Of a stretch of DNA of 64,000 nt, positions 53,126 through 64,000 are shown piece after piece. The stretch covers positions 496,001 to 560,000 of the forward strand of contig JAQGDQ010000051.1 in NCBI GenBank assembly GCA_030141605.1, read 5' to 3'. The notes beneath the pieces were generated by a model. It did no database searches. It had not been told where the DNA came from and saw only the letters and a list, made by a program, of their open reading frames with translations. Source of the stretch: Tubiluchus corallicola. Taxonomy: Eukaryota; Animalia; Priapulida. The translations under genes were made by a program, and so were the position numbers. Numbering within the stretch: position 1 is the stretch's first letter; each line of letters opens with the position of its first letter.

Positions 53126-54089
53126 AACACTTTCTTGATTTTTGTGTTGATGATAAATTAATGTATGTGGAATTTGTCGTAATTACAGTAGAAGAACTAT
53201 TTATCTCAAAAGTTATATTTATAACTACTGGAGATAACTATAACTACTATATGGTTTCTGTTGGTCTGAAAACCAGGGAGTTTACTTTTTCCTTTATGAC
53301 ACTTCTGCAAAGATAAACCCGAGAACATGAACTGGATTACCTGAATTGGTTGTAGAATACACTTGTATGTTTGTCTTCAAGCAAGATTGTCACCAACATA
53401 ATTATTTGTGACTGTAGATACTCATTATTAAAGCTATTAGAGCTTTATCTTGCTCATTATGATATTTATGGTGATTACATGAGATGAACTGTATTATTAA
53501 ATTATATTGGTATAATAAGATATGTCGGCCTATTTCATTAGAATGGTAAACGACATAGCCACATTTTAGTAAGAGAGATTTGTACATGATATGATAAATA
53601 TATATTTGCTCAAAAGCACATTATGATATAAGTGTATACAATACTACGTGATATAGCAATAGATCATACTTAGCAACGTGCACCTAGCATATCCTCAACA
53701 ATGAGACTCCAGGAGATAACATAGCGCTTGGTGGGCTACTATGTTAACTCAACTTAAACATAAGTTAGACATAACTTTAAGTAGATTTCTGAGGAAGCCT
53801 ATTAAAAATAGAATAATTAGTTTATTAAATGGGTAATTAGGCAGAATGCCAAATCCTACTTTCTATAGGCTTATTCAGAAAAATATTGCATGTTCATTAA
53901 TGAACCTGTTTGCTGGGGCAGATTCAGGCAACCAGGGTAAATACGTATAAACACTCTGCCTCAAGATATGCTTACACCGGCATGTTTCCCGACAGCAGAT
54001 GTGGCCTGCCATGAAATAAGTCTTATGAGAACTTAATGAATGATAAAGTATAGGACTAAAACACTAAGTGAGATGCAATTTTATTTTGT

Positions 54090-55240
54090 TAAACATGAGT
54101 CACACTATACAGTTTACATGAAAGACATGGAGTCATATAATGGAGGAGTAGCTTTGCTTGTGTGAAAAACAATTAAAAGTGTACGTGTGTCTACGAACAA
54201 TGAAACGGAAGTAGTAGCTGTCGATTTTATCAACAGTGCTCCATCAAGACTCGTTTGTTGTTACTGTTCACCACCAGCTGACATTGTGTATATTAACAAA
54301 CTCTGTGACACTAAAAGCTCTCTGCAGAATGTACATTATCCTACTATTGTGCTTGGCTATTTTAATTTGCCACTTTTTGAGTGGACCAGTTTTACTTATC
54401 CTGTCTCAGCCACGTATGAAAAGTTTGCCAATTGTATTCTTGAAAATAGATTAACTCAGTGTGTGCAAGGTTCTACGTGTAATGACAACATATTGGACTG
54501 TGCATTTCATAACATCTGATGGTAATCAAAGTCTCAGTCTAGCTTTGGAAATTCTTGCAGAATGGGCCAACAAATGGCAGCTTACTTTTGCAGCTCATAA
54601 GTGTGTACTCATTCACATAGGACGTAGTAATTCCCATTTTCAGTACGTGTTAAACGACACGCCTTTGCCGGTGAATACTAATTGTAGAGACTTGGGTGTT
54701 ACTGTGTGTTAAGACCTAAAATTTTTAATTTACTGTACTGAGCAGGTTGCCAAAGCTTTTGAAGTAGCAAATATGGTTTTTGTTGATTTGCTACGAAAAA
54801 CATTGACGCTCTTTTAACATTATATAAGTCATTCGTTGGACCTTTGTTGGAATATTGCACTCCTGTTATAGATCTAAGTTTTCTTACCTATATGGCTAGT
54901 CTCTGATTAAGGGGTCATAGTTACAAGTTGTACAAAAATTATTGTCGTATTGATATTTTTAAACACTTTTTTGCAAACAGGGTGATCGATATGTGAAACA
55001 ATTTACCGTTGGTGATTATTACTGCTAACAACTTACATTCTTTTTTCATTAAACTACTTACATTTGATTTTAATCCTTTTTGTAAATTTAATAGAAATAG
55101 CTATAACTAATGTGAGCCACTGTAAGTGCTTTCATGCCTGATGGCTTTCTCCCTTCCTAAAACATTAGCTAATCATATTTATTTGCAGGATTTTATTGTA
55201 TATGTGCAATTGTATATTTGGATTGAATAAATCTAATCTG
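54090..55240 (+). mobile_element. Internally deleted CR1-like LINE (endonuclease joined to post-RT region and 3' end)
   Basis: GGVALL, IVLGYFNLP (GDFNLP) and NILD, then directly EWANKWQLTFAAHKC, RDLGV, LYKSFVGPLLEYC, RGHSYKL and FFANRVID; tail AATAAATCTAATCT. Confidence 0.8.
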
Positions 55241-55411
55241 AAAGTGTTTCTGAGAATGTGTTCTTAAAATTTGTATTTGTTAGTCTTAAAAATGATTCCA
55301 ATTAAACATGGCAAAACCAGATAAAACGTGTTCTTGTTTGTGTGGTTTCAAATTATTTATCACATTAAAAGCGTTATACTGTTTGTTATTTATTTGATTT
55401 GTTTAATAAAG

Positions 55412-55570
55412 GGCGAAGCCATAGTCCACGTCGTGAAGAAACGCCAGTGCCAGATGTAAATGGTGATGATGAAATACTAGAATCACTCGTCAAGTCAGCA
55501 ACAACTCAACCCAATACACGGGCAGCTCCACGTGAACGTAAGCGTGCTAGACAAGGAACGAGAAAATCAT
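55412..55570 (+). CDS. FHOD: FHOD coding exon 23 (DAD core and basic region)
   Basis: RSHSPRREETPVPDVNGDDEILESLVKSATTQPNTRAAPRERKRARQGTRKS; donor CAT|GTAAGT; acceptor is an AAG; phase 1/1. Confidence 0.85.
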
Positions 55571-58500
55571 GTAAGTTTTCTACGTGAACGCAAGCGTGCT
55601 AGACGAGGAAAGAGAAAATCATGTAAGTTTTCTACGTGAACGCAAGCGTGCTAGACAAGGAACGAGAAAATCATGTAAGTTTTCTATGTGAACGTAAGTG
55701 TGCTAGACAAGGAACGAGAAAATCATGTAAGTTTTCTACGTGAACGCAAGCGTGCTAGACAAGGAACGAGAAAATCATGTAAGTTTTCTACGTGAACGCA
55801 AGCATGCTAGACAAGGAACGAGAAAATCATGTAAGTTTTCTGCGTGAACGCAAGCGTGCTAGACAAGGAACGAGAAAATCATGTAAGTTTTCTGCGTGAA
55901 CACAAGCGTGCTAGACAAGGAACGAGAAAATCATGTAAGTTTTCTATGTGAACGCAAGCGTGCTAGACAAGCAACGAGAAAATCATGTAAGTTTTCTATG
56001 TGAACGTAAGCGTGCTAGACAAGGAACGAGGAAATCATGTAAGTTTTCTATGTGAACGCAAGCGTGCTAGACAAGGAACGAGAAAATCATGTAAGTTTTC
56101 TACGTGAACGCAAGCGTGCTAGACAAGGAACGAGAAAATCATGTAAGTTTTCTGCGTGAACGCAAGCGTGCTAGACAAGGAACGAGAAAATCATGTAAGT
56201 TTTCTACGTGAACGCAAGCGTGCTAGACAAGGAACGAGAAAATCATGTAAGTTTTCTACGTGAACGCAAGCGTGCTAGACAAGGAACGAGAAAATCATGT
56301 AAGTTTTCTACGTGAACGCAAGCGTGCTAGACAAGGAACGAGAAAATCATGTAAGTTTTCTACGTGAACGCAAGCGTGCTAGACAAGGAACGAGAAAATC
56401 ATGTAAGTTTTCTACGTGAACGCAAGCGTGCTAGACAAGGAACGAGAAAATCATGTAAGTTTTCTACGTGAACGCAAGCGTGCTAGACAAGGAACGAGAA
56501 AATCATGTAAGTTTTCTATGTGAACGCAAGCGTGCTAGACAAGGAACGAGAAAATCATGTAAGTTTTCTACGTGAACGCAAGCGTGCTAGACGAGGAAAG
56601 AGAAAATCATGTAAGTTTTCTACGTGAACGCAAGCGTGCTAGACAAGGAACGAGAAAATCATGTAAGTTTTCTATGTGAACGTAAGTGTGCTAGACAAGG
56701 AACGAGAAAATCATGTAAGTTTTCTACGTGAACGTAAGTGTGCTAGACAAGGAACGAGAAAATCATGTAAGTTGTCTACGTGAACGTAAGTGTGCTAGAC
56801 AAGGAACGAGAAAATCATGTAAGTTGTCTACGTGAACGCAAGCGTGCTAGACAAGGAACGAGAAAATCATGTAAGTTTTCTACGTGAACGCAAGCGTGCT
56901 AGACAAGGAACGAGAAAATCATGTAAGTTTTCTACGTGAACGTAAGTGTGCTAGACAAGGAACGAGAAAATCATGTAAGTTTTCTATGTGAACGCAAGCG
57001 TGCTAGACAAGGAAAGAGAAAATCATGTAAGTTTTCTCCGTGAACGCAAGCGTGCTAGACAAGGAATGAGAAAATCATGTAAGTTTTCTATGTGAACGCA
57101 TGCATGCTAGACAAGGAAAGAGAAAATCATGTAAGTTTTCTATGTGAACGTAAGTGTGCTAGACAAGGAACGAGAAAATCATGTAAGTTTTCTATGTGAA
57201 CGTAAGTGTGCTAGACAAGGAACGAGAAAATCATGTAAGTTTTCTACGTGAACGCAAGCGTGCTAGACAAGGAACGAGAAAATCATGTAAGTTTTCTGCG
57301 TGAACGCAAGCGTGCTAGACAAGGAACGAGAAAATCATGTAAGTTTTCTATGTGAACGTAAGCGTGCTAGACAAGGAACGAGGAAATCATGTAAGTTTTC
57401 TATGTGAACGCAAGCGTGCTAGACAAGGAACGAGAAAATCATGTAAGTTTTCTACGTGAACGCAAGCGTGCTAGACAAGGAACGAGAAAATCATGTAAGT
57501 TTTCTGCGTGAACGCAAGCGTGCTAGACAAGGAACGAGAAAATCATGTAAGTTTTCTACGTGAACGCAAGCGTGCTAGACAAGGAACGAGAAAATCATGT
57601 AAGTTTTCTGCGTGAACGCAAGCGTGCTAGACAAGGAACGAGAAAATCATGTAAGTTTTCTGCGTGAACGCAAGCGTGCTAGACAAGCAACGAGAAAATC
57701 ATGTAAGTTTTCTATGTGAACGTAAGCGTGCTAGACAAGGAACGAGGAAATCATGTAAGTTTTCTATGTGAACGCAAGCGTGCTAGACAAGGAACGAGAA
57801 AATCATGTAAGTTTTCTACGTGAACGCAAGCGTGCTAGACAAGGAACGAGAAAATCATGTAAGTTTTCTGCGTGAACGCAAGCGTGCTAGACAAGGAACG
57901 AGAAAATCATGTAAGTTTTCTACGTGAACGCAAGCGTGCTAGACAAGGAACGAGAAAATCATGTAAGTTTTCTATGTGAACGTAAGTGTGCTAGACAAGG
58001 AACGAGAAAATCATGTAAGTTTTCTACGTGAACGCAAGCGTGCTAGACAAGGAACGAGAAAATCATGTAAGTTTTCTACGTGAACGCAAGCGTGCTAGAC
58101 GAGGAAAGAGAAAATCATGTAAGTTTTCTACGTGAACGCAAGCGTGCTAGACAAGGAACGAGAAAATCATGTAAGTTTTCTATGTGAACGTAAGTGTGCT
58201 AGACAAGGAACGAGAAAATCATGTAAGTTTTCTACGTGAACGTAAGTGTGCTAGACAAGGAACGAGAAAATCATGTAAGTTGTCTACGTGAACGTAAGTG
58301 TGCTAGACAAGGAACGAGAAAATCATGTAAGTTGTCTACGTGAACGCAAGCGTGCTAGACAAGGAACGAGAAAATCATGTAAGTTTTCTACGTGAACGCA
58401 AGCGTGCTAGACAAGGAACGAGAAAATCATGTAAGTTTTCTACGTGAACGTAAGCGTGCTAGACAAGGAACGAGAAAATCGTGTAAGTTTTCTACGTGAA

Positions 58501-60639
58501 CGCAAGCGTGCTAGACAAGGAACGAGAAAATCATGTAAGTTTTCTACGTGAACGCAAGCGTGCTAGACAAGGAACGAGAAAATCATGTAAGTTTTCTACG
58601 TGAACACAAGCGTGCTAGACAAGGAACGAGAAAATCATGTAAGTTTTCTCCGTGAACGCAAGCGTGCTAGACAAGGAACGAGAAAATCATGTAAGTTTTC
58701 TATGTGAATGCAAGCGTGCTAGACAAGGAAAGAGAAAATCATGTAAGTTTTCTATCTGAACGTAAGCGTGCTAGACAAGGAACGAGAAAATCATGTAAGT
58801 TTTCTACGTGAACGCAAGCGTGCTAGACAAGGAACGAGAAAATCATGTAAGTTTTCTACGTGAACGTAAGTGTGCTAGACAAGGAACGAGAAAATCATGT
58901 AAGTTTTCTACTGAACGTGAACGCAAGCGTGCTAGACAAGGAACGAGAAAATCATGTAAGTTTTCTATGTGAACGCAAGCGTGCTAGACAAGGAACGAGA
59001 AAATCATGTAAGTTTTCTATGTGAACGCAAGCGTGCTAGACAAGGAACGAGAAAATCATGTAAGTTTTCTACGTGAACGCAAGCGTGCTAGACAAGGAAC
59101 GAGAAAATCATGTAAGTTTTCTATGTGAACGCAAGCGTGCTAGACAAGGAAAGAGAAAATCATGTAAGTTTTCTCCGTGAACGCAAGCGTGCTAGACAAG
59201 GAATGAGAAAATCATGTAAGTTTTCTATGTGAACGCAAGCGTGCTAGACGAGGAAAGAGAAAATCATGTAAGTTTTCTACGTGAACGCAAGCGTGCTAGA
59301 CAAGGAACGAGAAAATCATGTAAGTTTTCTATGTGAACGTAAGTGTGCTAGACAAGGAACGAGAAAATCATGTAAGTTTTCTACGTGAACGTAAGTGTGC
59401 TAGACAAGGAACGAGAAAATCATGTAAGTTGTCTACGTGAACGTAAGTGTGCTAGACAAGGAACGAGAAAATCATGTAAGTTGTCTACGTGAACGCAAGC
59501 GTGCTAGACAAGGAACGAGAAAATCATGTAAGTTTTCTACGTGAACGCAAGCGTGCTAGACAAGGAACGAGAAAATCATGTAAGTTTTCTACGTGAACGT
59601 AAGCGTGCTAGACAAGGAACGAGAAAATCGTGTAAGTTTTCTACGTGAACGCAAGCGTGCTAGACAAGGAACGAGAAAATCATGTATGTTTTCTACGTGA
59701 ACGCAAGCGTGCTAGACAAGGAACGAGAAAATCATGTAAGTTTTCTACGTGAACACAAGCGTGCTAGACAAGGAACGAGAAAATCATGTAAGTTTTCTCC
59801 GTGAACGCAAGCGTGCTAGACAAGGAACGAGAAAATCATGTAAGTTTTCTATGTGAATGCAAGCGTGCTAGACAAGGAAAGAGAAAATCATGTAAGTTTT
59901 CTATCTGAACGTAAGCGTGCTAGACAAGGAACGAGAAAATCATGTAAGTTTTCTACGTGAACGCAAGCGTGCTAGACAAGGAACGAGAAAATCATGTAAG
60001 TTTTCTACGTGAACGTAAGTGTGCTAGACAAGGAACGAGAAAATCATGTAAGTTCTCTACGTGAACGTGAACGTAAGCGTGCTAGACAAGGAACGAGAAA
60101 ATCATGTAAGTTTTCTATGTGAACGCAAGTGTGCTAGACAAGGAACGAGAAAATCATGTAAGTTTTCTATGTGAACGCAAGCGTGCTAGACAAGGAACGA
60201 GAAAATCATGTAAGTTTTCTACGTGAACGCAAGCGTGCTAGACAAGGAACGAGAAAATCATGTAAGTTTTCTATGTGAACGCAAGCGTGCTAGACAAGGA
60301 AAGAGAAAATCATGTAAGTTTTCTCCGTGAACGCAAGCGTGCTAGACAAGGAATGAGAAAATCATGTAAGTTTTCTATGTGAACGCATGCGTGCTAGACA
60401 AGGAAAGAGAAAATCATGTAAGTTTTCTATGTGAACGTAAGTGTGCTAGACAAGGAACGAGAAAATCATGTAAGTTTTCTATGTGAACGTAAGTGTGCTA
60501 GACAAGGAACGAGAAAATCATGTAAGTTTTCTACGTGAACGCAAGCGTGCTAGACAAGGAACGAGAAAATCATGTAAGTTTTCTATGTGAATGCAAGCGT
60601 GCTAGACAAGGAATGACAAAAGTTACGTAAGTTTTCCAC
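55531..60639 (+). repeat. 52-bp tandem array, ~98 copies, derived from the exon 23 / intron 23 junction
   Basis: Unit CGTGAACGCAAGCGTGCTAGACAAGGAACGAGAAAATCAT|GTAAGTTTTCTA. The first copy is the real exon end and donor. Confidence 0.98.
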
Positions 60640-61324
60640 ATCACCACTTGAATGTAGTCATGTTAGATTATGATCAAGAAAGTCCTAACTTCTCCATGTT
60701 AATACAAGGCATTGTAGACTGGGAACATGGCTTTTTCACTTGACTGTAAGTGTGCTAGAAACAGTCAGGTGAAACAGACATTTTAGAAAGGAAATAAGGA
60801 AGTCACAAATTTTTTTTCATGCAGTCTGTATTACATTGCAGAAATTAGTAAAACTGTGAAACAGAAATTTCTTTTATAAGATGTCATTGTGAGAAAACAA
60901 AAGAATTTTGAATCAACCACATGCCAAGTTTGTGCAAAAAAATAAACAATAAGTAAGTATGTAAGTAAGTAAGTGACTGAGTTTATTTTATAATAACCAT
61001 TTATTATAACAAGATAAGTAACTAAAAAATTACAATATTATACAGCATTCAATGACATTAGAAAAGTGTACGAATGGTTATTGAATTGAGTGTTGAAAGG
61101 ATGGTAAAAGAACTGTGAGTATCGAAATCAGTCACTCCCCGAAACGTAGCAAATAATAATTAATTAATGCACATGTATTTAGAAATGTAACATTATAAGA
61201 TTTTGCACTTAAGACTATTGTTGGTTAAATTATGACATAAAAGTTTTAGTTTTTAGTGGACAAAAAGTGTGTACAGCAATGTTCAATCATGGGAAAGAAA
61301 AGAAAAGACAAGTGTGACTAATTT

Positions 61325-61660
61325 TGAATATTAAGTTAAGTTTTGATTAGTTTTTGCATTTAAAATGATTATTATTCTTGTGACCTTAAAAAAATTTGGG
61401 TTGTAGTCTGTAAATATGGGCATAAATACATGAATGCGTATTTTATATGAGCAATAATGTCTTAGCATAGCTACCTGGAAGCAGAAACTCGTGGGTTCGA
61501 ATCTCAGTGCAGCTACAAGATTTTTCTGACATTCTAATTTAAAGGAAAGGACAATCACTTTGTATATCGTGTTTATTTTACTATTATCACTTAATAGAAA
61601 AACATAACAAAAAAATTTGCACGTAAACTTTCTGTAAAGCACAAAATTAATTTATATTAC
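61325..61660 (+). mobile_element. Dispersed repeat with a tRNA-derived core (SINE-like), copy 1
   Basis: AGCATAGCTACCTGGAAGCAG...GGGTTCGAATCTC is a B-box with a decayed tRNA-like 3' half; second copy at 63140-63460. Confidence 0.55.
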
Positions 61661-62028
61661 TGCTGAATAGAAATTTTCAGCACTGTTATATCCGCCATTT
61701 ACTTGAAAATTATGACATAACTGGCAGACTTCGTGACTTTCGTAAATGCATCATAGCTTTCCTTAAGCGCACGTTGCTTAAAAAAATTCAAATTCAAATT
61801 GACAGTGCCCTGCTTTAAAGTGATTTTTGTAATTATACAAAATGCTTACCACACTTTTATTACTAATTCTTCTTAACATTTTTCGTGAATATTGAAGTAA
61901 GCCTCTTCCCTTTTGTGTCCATATATGTATATGATTTTACAACTTCAGACCATTGGTTACATATCACATTTCAGTTTGTGCAAACAATGGATGCAGCCCA
62001 ATTTACATCTATTTTTTGGTTGTTTCAG

Positions 62029-62096
62029 TGAGACGGACATTGAAAACTGGACTTGATGCTGAAGAAGAAAGGTTTATCAACATGCTTTCATCTTAA
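62029..62096 (+). CDS. FHOD: FHOD terminal coding exon 24
   Basis: Acceptor TGTTTCAG; LRRTLKTGLDAEEERFINMLSS*. It completes the FHOD motif RKS-LRRTLK across the junction. Confidence 0.9.
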
Positions 62097-62474
62097 TTAT
62101 TTGTTTCTGGGCCATTCAGATGTTTTCGCATTTTTAGATGCATATGATAATCAACATAATTATTACAATTATTCTTATTAATAGTTACCAAACTACAGGA
62201 AATGAAATTAGCTGTTCAAGTAGCATAATAGGAATATACACTATAATCTGCAACTTATTATGTCTTAACTAATGCAGCAACATGGGCCTACCTACAAGTG
62301 TGATAAGTTTAACACGTGTTTATGGCAGCTATTATAATCATCTAATAATCTTGTTGTTATAAAATCAATCATGCAGTTGTAATACTGTACTATTTCATTA
62401 AATTAATGTATGTGCTACTATGTGTGCCTTTCAAATTAGCCTGTTGCCCCAATTGCAGGAATACCTGTAATTGC

Positions 62475-62480
62475 AATAAA
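62475..62480 (+). promoter_or_regulatory. Candidate polyadenylation signal of FHOD
   Basis: First AATAAA I see after the stop codon, followed by T-rich sequence. Another AATAAA lies near 62554. Confidence 0.4.
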
Positions 62481-62733
62481 TGATTCTTATTTTTTCCTTT
62501 ATTACACAACCACATTATTTATACTGATGGTCACCGTTGTATTTACTTTGAAAAATAAATTTTTTGAACTGAGGTTTTTTCACATTAGAATAGTGTGTAT
62601 TGTGCTGAAAAAAGTGCAAATATGAAGAAAGGCTAAATAAAATTGTAGTGGCATTGGTGATGCCTGCCACATGGCATGCGTCTGACAATGTATGTTGTCT
62701 GACAAAAGTAAGTTTTATTAGATACTGTAACGT

Positions 62734-63132
62734 ATTACATTGACGCTAACATCAATGTGGTGGAGACTGCATACATAGTACTAATGCACTTATTAAATAG
62801 TTCTTTCATATATAATGTAATATGAAATAATATTATAATACATAATACACATTACATTGAAGTTAACATCATTGGGGTGGAGACAAAATACATAGTACTA
62901 ATATACTTGTGAAATAGTTCTTTAGCATATTACATTGACGCTAACATCAACGTGGTGGAGACTGCATACATAGTACTAATGTACTTATCAAATAGTTCTT
63001 TCATATATAATGTAATATAAAATAATATTATAATACATAATACACATTACATTGACGTTAACATCATTGGGGTGGAGACAAAATACATAGTACTGATATA
63101 CTTGTGAAATAGTTCTTTCATATATAATATAA
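62734..63132. repeat. Tandem duplication of a ~195-bp unit made of two related ~75-bp subunits
   Basis: ATTACATTGACGCTAACATCAA..GGAGACTGC and ATTACATTGA(A/C)GTTAACATCATTGGGGTGGAGACAA alternate A-B-A-B. Confidence 0.9.
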
Positions 63133-63139
63133 TGAACTC

Positions 63140-63460
63140 CTTTGAATACCAGTTAGTTTTTGCATTCAAGATAATTATCATTATTGTGACAAAGAATTTG
63201 GGGTTGTAGCGGGTAAATATAGCCATATTTAAAATAAATACATGACTGTATATTTTATATGAGCAATAATATCTTAACATAGCTACTTGGAAGCAGAAAG
63301 TCGTGCGTTCGAGTCCCAATGGAGCTACACGATTTTTCAGACATTCCAGTATAAAGGAAAGGACAATCACTTAGCATATCATGCTTATTTTACTATTATC
63401 ACTTAACAGAAAAATATAACAAAGAAATTTACATGAAAACTGTCTATAAAACTATATAAT
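63140..63460 (+). mobile_element. Dispersed repeat with a tRNA-derived core, copy 2
   Basis: Diverged direct copy of 61325-61660, with GTTCGAGTCCC as the B-box. Confidence 0.55.
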
Positions 63461-64000
63461 TACCATAAAATTCTATAAAAAATATAATTACCAATAAAAA
63501 AAATTGATATTCATAAGCATAGGAGCATGCAAGAGCATCGCTCTGTGAAAATAAAATTCACACATCTGTTGAAAGGAAAATGCTTTCAGTGCAAACTGAA
63601 AACAATTGTGCACAGAAATTTAAAACAAAAGTATATAGTACAATATTATATTCAAATTATAATACAAACTATGTACAATATATACGTACAATTTAGAAGG
63701 GGTGCGGATAAATAAAATTTGTGGAAAATACATACCATCATTAACATATGTATGATTATGAAAACGATTTAAAGTATGTATTTTTAACTTTGATTTAAAC
63801 CCGAAAAAAGTTTGATTTGTTTTAAATTTTGTGGCAGTTCATTTCAGAGTTAAACGGCTTGTGTAGTGATGGAATTTTTGTCATGTCTATTATTACAACG
63901 TGTTTGTCTAACAGGTGTCCTTAGGCTTGGTGCAACATCCGGGAGGAGTGAAAGCTGATTTTTAATGAAAGGGGTGTGAATATTATTGATATATTTGCAT

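Larger units (their letters stand above)
5769..62096 (+). other. FHOD: FHOD-family formin gene span (FHOD1/FHOD3/Fhos-like), 24 coding exons, ~1544 aa
   Basis: The exon chain below joins in frame. It shows the FHOD-type N-terminus (CKVQYIDDIDPF..FPEP), FH3 ([30 protein letters not shown]), FH2 (RLFWKE, KRSNVINIGMTKLPP, GNFLNG) and DAD with RKSLRRTLK. Confidence 0.95.

Noticed and set aside
55531-60639. CRISPR-like array
   Set aside because: Units are contiguous with no unique spacers, there are no cas genes, the context is a eukaryotic intron, and the unit derives from the host exon junction.
55583-60639. Array as a bank of productive alternative micro-exons or a repeat-protein ORF
   Set aside because: The 52-nt period shifts frame and each unit has stops. 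Internal AG-to-donor pieces are 28 or 20 nt (frameshifting) or 15 nt (creates TGA at the junction).
61460-61520. Functional tRNA gene
   Set aside because: Only a B-box/T-arm-like part is recognisable, no complete cloverleaf is evident, and the second copy is diverged.

Overview
AT-rich eukaryotic, probably invertebrate metazoan, genomic DNA. It is dominated by one complete plus-strand formin gene of the FHOD1/FHOD3 (Fhos) subfamily, which I reconstruct by eye as 24 coding exons from ATG 5769 to TAA 62096. All introns are GT-AG and all phases are compatible, giving 4635 nt or about 1544 aa (GBD/FH3 - long linker - short FH1 - FH2 - DAD). Upstream lie the 3' end of a decayed Ty3/Gypsy LTR element and a minus-strand LINE. 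The introns carry many LINE, Tc1-like and MITE remnants, a head-to-tail non-autonomous Helitron pair, local duplications and minisatellites. The most striking feature is a ~5.1 kb array of ~98 copies of a 52-bp unit made from the last 40 nt of exon 23 plus its GTAAGT donor. The last intron therefore opens with about 100 near-identical 5' splice sites, and only the first gives the full-length autoinhibitory C-terminus. All coordinates and family calls were made by eye, with no database searches.
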